The translations under genes were made by a program, and so were the position numbers. From assembly GCF_033153115.1 (NCBI RefSeq), contig NW_026889761.1, forward strand, positions 11,470,001 through 11,534,000: DNA of 64,000 nt. The letters are read 5' to 3'. The notes under the pieces are model-generated. The model was not told the DNA's origin, made no database searches, and worked only from the letters and a program-made list of their open reading frames with translations. Source of the DNA: Saccostrea echinata (lineage: Eukaryota). Positions 50,601-62,600 of this stretch are shown here, piece after piece; the stretch's first letter is position 1; the number at the start of each line of letters is the position of its first letter.

Positions 50601-53600
50601 TTTTGTATTTGGTTATAAGAAGTAAGGTACTAGAGCGTGTCCAAGACATACCTATATCCGCAGTACTGCATGAGGCAACTTTACTCTCCTTTTCATCTCC
50701 TAGAAAACATTAAAATTAATAAATATATACTTTCAATGCTTAACATTTAAAAAAAATACATGTTAGACACAACCTGTTACATGTATTTATTTATGGTGTT
50801 TATTCCAGAATATGAAGATCATATACTATATAGAATTACTGCTTTTGATTAACAGTTTCAATATTTTTCTCTTGACGTGAAATATATCTACTCCTATGTA
50901 ATTAGTACAAAATTAGTTACTACTTATTATGGGAGGAGGAAATATTAATCTCCTGAAAGTGCAACCTCCCAGGTATACTCATCTGTAAAATTTTTAACTT
51001 TAACATTAATTACCTGATGATGGTGTCCCTGCTGGTGGTTTCTGACATATGTGCTCAGACATCAACTCCATGTCGTTGAAGTATATGCTGCACTTCTGGC
51101 ACTGGGTTACCGTGCGTTTTTTCATTTGACTTTCGGCATTAATTTCATATGCTGTTTGTTTTGTCACAAGGATGGAATTATTTCCTCCGCCTAAATGAGA
51201 AAAAATATCTTTTATACTAATAGTATACATTAATATCAAAGTACATACTGCTGCATTGCAAAAGATATAAATGGCAGAATTAAAAAAGGGGGAGGGGTGC
51301 TAAAAGGTAAACATTCATTTAGTTAGTACCATTTGGATATGCTTTCGAAAAAAGATCGCCGCTGTGATCGACCCCTTTCCCTACTATTACAATTTTTACT
51401 TGTCCTTTTTAATGCACTTTTTTCCTCGTAAATATGTCATTTTTTTAGGTTTGTACCCCCCCCCCCCCCACTTTCCCTTTAAGATTTTCTTGACCCATCT
51501 TGGGCCTTTATGATGGCTAATAAGGTGTGCACTAAATATCCCTATAAATTTAAGTTTTTAAATAAGCATTTGCAGTAAAACGTATGCACAGTAACAAAAC
51601 TTACTTGATTCCGTTGTGCATCTATGCATTTTAACATCATCTAAGCTGGAAAAGTACAAATTGCAGTCTTCACATTGATAAAGCACGTTTTTCTCCGCCA
51701 TTTTTGTTACGTAATAATTCCCGCTGCACCACCTCTTTAGAAAGGACAGAGAGAATCCGTCCGGAATCGGATTCCAAATCATTCCATTGCAATTCTACGC
51801 GTTCTGGATTTTCGGAAGCGTGAAAGGAACGCACCCTTAATATTTTACATCACTTTCATTTTTAAGAAAAACATAGGGCAAGATTTGTATTGAAACCATA
51901 CCTTGTTCTTTCTCATTTCATGATTACATGAAACCTGAATAGCAATTGTCAATGTGCCTATTCCCCGGGCTTGATCGGTCCTTCACCAGATTGCTCGCAA
52001 TTAATCGGTATTCAATTCTTGAGATAGGATTTCTTGTGCAATGTTTGCCAAACTGGGATTGTGTAGACTCTGATAATATTAAAGTTCATAATCTATGGAA
52101 TATTTCTGACACGTCCTTTAATTATTTTCTTGAAATTATCGTCTCGTCCAGTCGAAATAAGTTGTGAAGCGATTTGTTTATATTTTACCAATAAACCAAT
52201 TAATTATATCAACACTCGGACGACTCACAGGTGTAGTATCATCTATGTAAACACACAATTAACATGTCAATCCCAGCCCCAGGCATTCACTGTTATCCAG
52301 GTAAGTCCAAGCTGCATTAAATTTACGCTTAATTGGCCTGTATACATGTGCAATCAAAACTTCAAGAGATAGAGAGTAAAAAACAATGAAATATGTGTAA
52401 CGGGACCCAGATCTTGGTTCTCCAGATAGAGAACTTCGAGAGATCAGGAGTTCAAGAGATCAGGAGTAAATTTACTTAGTTATATAGAGAAAAAAAACGG
52501 GACCGGAGGTTCACTTTGAGAGATCGAGAACTTCTCGAGATCAGAGTTCGCGCCATCTCGAGTCACCTGTATTTCATCTGCTAAATCCTATTTTGAATGA
52601 ATATTTGCACAGATATAAATATAAACAATAAAATGTCTTTCTTTGTTTGTTAGTACGGGAATTAACATTGCAGCTATTGCTGAAAAAAATTACATAACCT
52701 GCTTATGCTGGTTATGTAATTTTTTCTGCAATAGTGCAATGTTAATTCCCGTAATAACAACCAAAGAAAGCATTTTATTGTTTAAATTATGCCAAATGTA
52801 TCTATAATGACGCATGTATCTATAATGACGCATGTATCTATTATAACACATGTATCTTTTATGCCACGTGTGTCTATTATGACACGTTAACCTGGAGATT
52901 TTTTTCCTCTTCATGTTCTGGGTCACTTCCCCAGTCCCATTCCGGAATGTCAGGGTTACATTTAGGAGACTTTTGTTCTGGAACTTTTACAGTCTGAAAA
53001 AAAGTTTTTCTCAATGTAATATGCAAAATCGAAATTTTACAAACTAAATAAAGTCAACTGATAAAAATATGTAAGCCATGCACAAAAGGTTATTCATTCA
53101 GATTCAAATTTATCATAAAAATATCAATTGATAATGAGATCCTGATATGGTTTTGAAAGAACCAGTGTAATGATTCATACATTTTATAGAAAACTGAAAC
53201 ATTGTACTTCTGCCAGTGTCCTATATATACATGTATCTCAGAATATGACTGGAATCTGATTTATACTGAATAATGCCATCATATTTCATTTGCATAACTA
53301 ATTTCATAGTCTACAACTCTGTAATTTATACATTGTACTGCAATGAAATAGGGGAAAATGCATTACTGTGAACTTTGACTCCTTGACTGGTTCGCTTACA
53401 AACTTTGACTCTTTCACAAGTTCAGTCTTAAACTTTGACTCCTTGACTGGTTCCAATGTGAACTTTGAATCCTTGACTGGTTCCAAAGTGAACTTTGACT
53501 CTTTGATAAGCTCACTGCTGTGGTCCCCCTGATCTGCTCCAATATTGCTGTTTACTTTCTCACTGTTTTGGACACTATTATGAGCATGCTCAAAGATATC

Positions 53601-56600
53601 AGCCTCCTCCAGCTCTTCCTGTTCCTGTATAATCATTGGAGCTGACACGGGTCGATTTTGATAGTCCTTAGGACTTTTGGACCATTCATAATGTCCATGT
53701 TTGTACAGCTTTCTCTCTTCTGACAATTCTTTTGCAACATCCAGCTTCATCTACAATTTAATGTTGAATTCAACACAAACAAAACTTCCACCTATGCAGA
53801 GTATCTGATGCATTCCACTACCTGAGCAGATGCTCTGAACTACAGCCTTACCAGTGGATTATTTGAATTTTTGTAGGCCATGGACCTGGAATGAACCAAG
53901 GGGTAATGGAATCCCTTTTCTCCATAACTATATGCCCCAGGGCTAAAATGGAGCTCAACATGGAAGCGTTCTGATGAGGTACCCTATAAAAGAGCATGAA
54001 GCTAAAAAGAAAAACTGGTTAAAACCCATCAAAATCAGACATTTGTTGAATGATCTGTGAGTATAACATCTATGATTACTTAGATAAATTACTGTACATG
54101 TACTTCAGTCACTTTCTGAAACTGGAAAACTGACAAGATTTGATGAGACTTGCACTGTCACAGTGTTCAAGATATCATTTACACCCAAAATGAGTGTACA
54201 CAGCTATATACTGGTACATGTAATGAAAATTATTAAGTCATGTGTCTTGCATTTGAATCGCAAAATACCTTAACCCAAAAATGTATCAAGTGAAAACATC
54301 TGGAGTTTCCAAGCACTACAGTGTGTGAGATATGATATGTACATGCTTTGAATGAGCATTACACATTTTTTTTTTTTAATAATACAATTTTACGTTGTGC
54401 CATACTCTTTCCTCCCATGGTGCTTCAGTTGACAAGGTTTTTATGATTTCCACATTTTGTGTACAAGTGAGATTAGTGTAAATGGACACAAAACAGCTGA
54501 GAGACAGGTTTTGCAGACAAAAGACCTCATACCATTATATGGTTGTCAAAAACTCAAAGTATAAAAATAACCAGGACCGAGGAAGAGACCTGGGCATTTA
54601 CTGGGATAAATATGGTATACATGTACTTTAATAATTAGATCTAAACTATTGATGCTCTGGCTGTTATTATGGGTGTCATTTTAAATAGTTACCTTGCTTG
54701 GGTCCTCAAACATCATTACAATGATTTGGGACATGTAATTCAGCTCTGGTGTATTGTTTATAAAATCCATTGCTTTCTTCCACTGCTCATCAGATGCCTC
54801 CTGAAATATAATTATAGATTTATCATATTGTATACTGCATAGGAACATTATTACACTTATGCAAGAAAAGTTTACCTCATCATACTGCAATAATTTTTGC
54901 TATAAATTTAATACTTCTTATTGAATGTGCCTTCAGTTAACAAACATGGCATAGAGTCACTAACTTTCTTTAAAATGCAGACTTTTTCGCAGAGTAGTCA
55001 GTACTTTCAAGTACAGACAAAACTTTCACACGTGCAGATGGGTAAATTTGAAAGAGGAAAAAATTACTGAAAATCTATATTGCATTACTTAATAATTTTC
55101 TTATCAGTCCCAAAATAATTATTCATAATTACTGAAAATTTTATTAGTTAATTTCTGAATCAATAGCCCCTCCCCCCCCCCCCACACACACACACAGATG
55201 GTAAAGAAGATTTCCACTAGGCACTAGGGTAATTTATTGAATTGATACTCAACAGTATATTAAAGATATTTTTTTCTAAACAGTAAATTTAAAACTGCAT
55301 TAAAATGCTTACAAATACATGAAATTGTCAACAACAACAACAAAAATCAAAGTACTGAAAGTACTGGGAAGCGCTATGCAATGTTTGAAATTCATCAGAA
55401 TTATTTTGAATTTAAATTGCCTGTTGTATTGGAAGAAGTATTATGTTGACAGTGCAACCGCGCTGGGGTGAGCACAGTTCTTCAATACATATTCACTTAA
55501 TTTAAAATAAAACTTATATCCGCCTTTTCAAACCAGACGAGGAAACATTTGAAGGTTCGAGATTCTCCGTTTCTTTATAAAAAAAAATATATATATATAT
55601 AAAAATTAAATAACAGATATTTAGTCCAAACAGTAATGTATTTCTCAAACCTAATAAAAAAAAAGAAAGAAACGAAAAAAAGAACATGTAAAAATATTTT
55701 CGTTCTCCATCGCCTTATAGGAGTCTATAAGAGGTAGGTTTGCGTATAAATCGCAATTCATTGGGGGGGGGGGGGGATGGTCGACGAGCTTTCCAACCAA
55801 ATTTAGACTATAAATGTAGCTATACATTTGCTGGAAAATGTATATTTTTAAATAATTTTGAACACAAAAATGTCGCTGATATTCCTCTCATTAATGTGCA
55901 ACACTGATAGCTAAAATGTTCTGGTGATAATTTTTAATAATTCATTCCGTGTTCACGAGTGTTTCAAATTGAAGATGGCTGTTTGTGATTGTGAATTAAT
56001 TTTAGAAAGTGCTCCAAAAAAATAAAAATGTTATTTTTTATTGCGTCGATAAAATTTTTCCTTATTGATAACATATTTTATTAAAGTTATGAATTAAAGA
56101 TCTAAAAACTATCGAATACTAGTATTCTCATTTAATTGTTTTTTAGTATATCTCTTTTTTTTCATATTCATGAACGATTTTTACATTTACTAATCTGTAG
56201 AAAGGATTTTACAAGAAATAAATTAATGGAGTGTGTAAGATATTTACACAATCGCTACAAGCGTCCGGTATTTATTAATGATAAATAAAACTTAGACTAT
56301 ATATTTCATTTTGTTTTAAATATGCTACAGCTGTGCATTATACATTTTTTAAACTTCACATTCATCGCGCTGTGCAGCATATTGGCATCATCATATGAAA
56401 AAAATCTATTAAATGAGCACCCGTAGAGTTTACGTCATTTTGTTAGAGATAATTGGTAAAATATACATTTTGATTATAATTAAGGATATTATATTTGTCT
56501 TCTTCGTTTGATGATAACACATTCAAAGCTATCCTTTACATCTGATTTTCATATACATGTACATGATTTATAATGTATTTGCATAAAAAAATTAGTCTTT

Positions 56601-59600
56601 TCTGTTGATCTACAATATATGTTTCTGATTTGTAAATTTTACTTTTTTAAAATAAAATTTTTATACTTTTCTTCTTCGGAATAAAAATATGTCATTAAAA
56701 CCCAAAAAGTAATTTTTGGACTCTTGTTGAAATACTTAAAATGCTTCAGTATTTTTTTTTTTACGGATATTTGATACCTTACACCAATCTTTACTAGTAC
56801 TTGTTTATGTATGAAATTAACTACCACGCAAAACATGTTGAGAGGGAAAAAATATCCACAGCACTGGTGTGTTAAAAAGGCATACTAGTACTGAAAATAA
56901 TTGACCCGTAATTTTTCTGCTAATTCCATGATAAATAATTCAACAGCCCAAGAAAGAAAAGACATTATATTAATCTCAAGTATGAATAAATCTTTATGAA
57001 GGTATGCAACATTGTTTTATTCTGTTTTTACTTAGTCCTAATTAAGTCGCTTAGCAGACAAATCAGCAACACATGCACACCTTTACCTAAACTATTTCTT
57101 CCTAGGTTCCTAACACAAGTATGCTTAACATTTCATCAGCGCTATTCCTGTACATTGCTAAGAATGTTTAATTAAGGTTTTAGCATTTTCCGCCAGATCT
57201 TGCACACTGCACACACAATTTTAAAGCACAATATTTGTCATCAATATTTCCGAGAAATTAGTTTTCCTATCTAAGTGGATTCGTTGAAAACACAGCCTCC
57301 ACGTTCCCTACGTGTACGTACAGCCGCAAACTGCCTTTCTTTGCGAATTATTTACATCATATTTTTTTACCCATATTACAAGTATAAAACACAACACAAG
57401 TAAAGACAGTTCATGAATGCATTCCAGTCTGTTACTAATTGACACTGAGATGTGAAAATCAACTTCATTGATAGCTCTCTGCATGGTGCAAGGGTGATAG
57501 TAGGAAGACTTGTTTTTAGTTACATTGTCTTAAATAAGGGTCTAGAAGAAGAAATATTAGTTAATATGGATATAAATTATATAGAACGTACAAAAGTAGG
57601 TACATTGTAAATCAATTTTATGCGAAATTTTCTACTAAATAACTTAATTCCAGTTTGAGTTTTAAATACTTATTAAAATCCCATCTGAGTTTTAAAAATA
57701 TGTACTTATTCAATCACTACATTATATGTACATAACATATAATTAACCGTTTTTAAGGTATCTGCGCCATAGATGCAGCAATTGTTAGCTACATGGTACA
57801 CAAGTGGTATGTGCCGACACGATTTTAAATGAAATACAATGTATAGAGATAAGAACCGCCCCTATCTACTAACAGTGGATTTTCGTACAATGTACATGCA
57901 TACTCTATACCTTACTACTTGACTCCTATTATTAGAACTGCACGTAACGCAGTATTACACTAAAATAGCCGAAAGAGCGTCAGGGATTTCCAGTTGCATA
58001 TTTTCAGAAAACCCAGTGGAGTTATCTAACTTGCTTAGTGGCGCTGGATCGCGAACGGAAGTAGAATTAAGATGACAGAAAGCGCTTTGCGCTGCGCTTA
58101 GCCCTTAAAAATCACAGATCAGTTGATGCAGAGTACTTGAGCATGTAGCCCAGTGGATATAACATAATACTGGTGTCTCATGGCTCTAGTTACATCTGGA
58201 TGCAGTACTGAACTTTTTAGGTTTCAGCTCTGCATACCAAAGCTTCACTGTCTACCACATTAGTTCATATCTTGATATATGTTATTGTCTGTTTGATAAT
58301 GTCCAATACAGAAGTGTTTTTGGATGACTTACAGAAAAATGGACACTAAACTTTGAGTGAAATGCTTTCTTTTGAATTTTCAGTAATAATATGCAATATT
58401 TTCTTGGAAATAAAAGATCATATTTTTCAGTAATAATAATCAAACTGCTTTCAAAATTTTTGGTACTGCAATGCAGCCAGTGTGTATGACTTACATCTCT
58501 GAGACCTCCATATCTGAGCATGTTTAACAAAGAATGAATGTGGCTCTCACTGGTAAAGTATAGACGAGTCCTGACAAATCTTTCAGGGGAGGCAACTCCT
58601 AAGGAATACCTACAATACAGACATTTATGTACATGTAGCATTACATAAATATTATCTCAGCTTACACATCCTCCTGTTGGATGTTCCAGGTAAAATATCA
58701 CAGAAAAAATGGATTTCTTTTTTTTCCTTCTTTTTTTTTTTTGCTCTATGACTAAAAAATCTTGGTGTCTGAAATATCATACTAAACAGTAAATTTTAGT
58801 GGATTTACATTCTGATACATACAGTGAGTTTAGCCTTGTGCTCTCTTCCTCGTCATCTGGACAAACACACTGCTCCAGGTCACTCCGGATCTTCCTCATC
58901 AGAGGGGTACACACACTCTGTGAAATGTGGAGCTTCTCATCTAGTGTAATTCCATACTCCTACAAAACATAAGTGTATAGAGAGGTCATCAGAGGTGTAC
59001 ACATACTCTGTAAGATACGGAGCTTCTCATCTCCATCTATACTCCCATTCAATCAGTGTAATAAGCTGGTGACTTCAATAAATTTCCAGGTAATTTTCTG
59101 ACAAATCAGTATTAAGTTTTACTGCAGTGCAAGTTTTTGAATTACTAATAATATACACAAGCTATAACAATGTCTGCTGATGCTTTAAAACACATGACCT
59201 TACCTGAGGAATAACAATGTCTGCCAGTGCTTTAGAACATTCAAACAGCTCCTTGGCTCTCTCATATTGTATTGTTTTTTGGTTGTGCTGTAGGTCGTAC
59301 TTGATACAGTCATATATGTCAGGAATCTTACTGACGTCAAATCTGCCGCCTTTCATTTTGAAATCCTTCTCCAGTTTGGCCCATCTACGAATCAACAGCT
59401 CCCAGGATTCTCCATGATAAAGCTTCAGATCTGAAAAATCCAGTTGGTGAAAAATTGTAAAATATACCACTACAGTTATGCATACTAGTAGAGAGGGTAT
59501 ACTCATGCTGACATTTTCTCTTGCAAACAGACAAATGACAGACACTGTAGGTTATTTTTTTCAATAGAACATAGTACACCAATTTCTTTGTACATGCAAT

Positions 59601-62600
59601 TAACATTCCTTCAATTCAAAAAGATTTGTAAATACCTGACATGTGTCTCTGTGAATGAGTTATTTCTGTATTATGAATTACAACTTGGAGCAGTAGAATC
59701 TTAAGAAATCATAACCTGTTTATTTATATTTGAATACATTGTACATGTATAACTACAAAGGAAAGCTGATTGAATGGATCTGTAACAGGACCTAAAACAA
59801 ACCTCTGGTCCTGTGCTCCAGCTTTAGTGTCCTTATTTTAGCTGTCAGCTCCTTCACCATGGCATACACGTGTTCACACAGTTTCCCAGGGTTTTTAATG
59901 AAGTCCAGGGCTTTAATGAGAGATTCGCTGTTTGTGGGAGCCAACTAGAAAATAGAATAGGTAAAGGCCTGATTCAAACACAGCTGATCAAATTTCTTTA
60001 ACAATACACGTACAATTTTCTTCTATTATTATGGAACATTGGAAATGTTAATCTATCAAACATTATAGTTCATACGGTACATGCGCATACAAATACAGGA
60101 TCAAGTCACTTTTAACTAAAGCAATATTTCTACTGAGAACTAGACTTTTTAATCTCATTATCATTGTATCATTATCACAAAAGATTTACCTTTTCATAAT
60201 CCTCTCCACTAAAATCTCTGTCCTCATTCAGCATCTGTGTCAATCTCTCTTTCACACTGTAGAAAAATTCAATCAAACTTTGCATTATCATACTACATTT
60301 TGAAATTTTTCAAATTTATTTTTTTAACAAGGCTTTAATAATCCTAAAATATTCATTCATTAAAGAGAGAAACTGGGTTAATTCTATATGTACAATAGAA
60401 AGTTTGATTCACTTGGAACTTGAAAGAAAGTTCTATCTCTTTAATTTTCCTGTTGTTAATGTACTACTATTGTTATATCTTAATTAAAACATGAATCCCT
60501 GAATCTTCTACACTACTACTGAGCACTGAAGTATAACCAGCTCTGGTGTATTCATTTAATACACTGTGGAAAAATCTAACTATTCCGTAAACTATGAAAT
60601 CATGTTACTAATGTGCACTGCTCTAAGTAATTATTATTCATTCTACTTAAAATACAGATTCTAAAATAAAAATATTTGCATATAAAGTGTATGTAAAACC
60701 ATTTAATTGAATAAAAATTCAGTCTGATTCTAAAATTAAGATACATGTATTTGCATATACAGTGTACATGTATGTAAACCAGTAATTTGTATATGATATA
60801 GGTAGGAATAGTGATTAAAGGCATTATTGAGCAAGCTTATGGATGCATTTTTGAAAAGAAGGATAAAATATAAATATGAATCTTAAGTTACATACATGTA
60901 TATCCAATGATAGTTTTACTCTACCATATAATGCTTATAAAAAACAAATCACTTAATGTTCAAAGTAAAAAAAAAAAAAAAAAAAGAATTCTAGAGACAA
61001 AGACCAGTCTTTTAAAATAACAGCATTTTAATCAATTTGTGAGCATACACATGTATATCCTATTCTTTTTTTTCTTATTTTTTTATGAGCATATATCCTT
61101 TTTTTTTTCTTATTTTACGCTAATGCATTTCATATTCTGATTTTTTTTTCAGTAATTAATATCCTTGAAAAGTATCTTTAAGCTCAAATTCACAACTATT
61201 AAGACATTTATAACCTAGTTTCATTTATTAAGACATCTCTTCAGGTTGACCAGCGAAATAATATCCTGTGTAATTTAATAATGTAATATAATAATGTAAT
61301 AACTATTCTGCAGGTTGTTGGAATAATGTTATACATTTACTTGATATTTTTAACTTAATGGCTTCCATTTCTAAAATCATCTGCAAATATTTGTGCAATA
61401 AGCACTATAAATTGTCACAGCAAAATGTTTTAAAAGATAATACAAAGATCTACCAGTATTTGTTTTTTTAAATGCATTTAAAGTGAACTTGTAAATAAAT
61501 ACATCAGGCATTGCTTTGTAAGATATTTACCCTTCTTGGAATCTGAAAGCAACAGCCAAGAACATTCCCAGTTTTACAGATTACTGATTAAGCATGCTGT
61601 ACGCTTATTTTTTTAAGTACAAACTATAAATACGATATTAGTATAATACTGTACTTTATTATTTATTTGAAATACTAGTTTACTTCATTTTAAAGACACA
61701 CAAGAAGATATATTGAGAAAGCTTTAGAATTCCTACATTAATTTGTATTTTAAAAGCGAATTAAAATTTCAAAGTGAAAATTAAAGTTAAGTTTATCCAT
61801 CTGAAAAGATTTGTATTAGTAACTAGCAGGCAAGAGTTGTGAAAATGAACTTAAAATAGGATTACACTTGTTGATATTTGGAGGTTTCCCCTTGTTTGTC
61901 CAGTAGACCATTGGTGTTGGCACTTTTCACCATCTGGACCAATATCGGGGGTAATTCTCCCTCCAATGCTAAAAGACCCTGAAAAATTACATATCAACCA
62001 CGTTAACAAAAATTTACTCTCACAAGTTTCTCACATATAAACAATCAAGACGGATCCTCAATTAACTGTAACTATAGTCCTCTAAATGATCACTTAAAGT
62101 GTCAGTTTTATCAAGTTTCAGTTTAATCCTGTTCTAGTGACCTCTGACCTTTGTAAATGCTGCAGCTGTCATTTGAACTCTGCCTTCGTCTGATGCATAG
62201 ATTTTTAAGTCATGTCGGAAAGTACTGTGCAGCCTTAAAAATCCAAGGCCTGGTGTTTCAAACTGTCCTGTGTTGAATACATTATAAATGCATTAAATAC
62301 ATGTAGATGCAGAGCACTTAAAAAAGAATTTAATATTATTAATATTTTTACAGCACAAAGTAAATTAATCAAAGAATTTTATTTATCATTTTCTTTACAA
62401 TCGAAAAAAAAAAATTATATACAGATGTCAAAGAATAATTATGTGGAACACTATTCACTACTTCCCCATATTTTTTTTTTCAATGGTGTCCTTGACTTAG
62501 GTCTTACCTTGACCTCCCGGGTAGAGTGTGCTGAATGGTGTCCTTGACTTAGGTCTTACCTTGACCTCCCAGGTGGTTTCGTTGTCTTAGGTCTTACCAT

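Larger units (their letters stand above)
45204..51837. mobile_element. PIF/Harbinger DNA transposon, full length, two convergent genes
   Basis: TIR AGGGTGCATTCC / GGAACGCACCCT (11/12 match), flanks TCA/TAA. Subterminal inverted repeat ATTCGATTCCGGACG (45230) and CGTCCGGAATCGGAT (51758). Encodes a DDE transposase and a Myb/SANT protein. Confidence 0.93.
44439..52569. mobile_element. Tc1/mariner-type non-autonomous element (outer layer of the nest)
   Basis: TA-CAGGTGACTC ... GAGTCACCTG-TA, with TTC(G/A)AGAGAT-type subterminal repeats at both ends. Confidence 0.8.
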
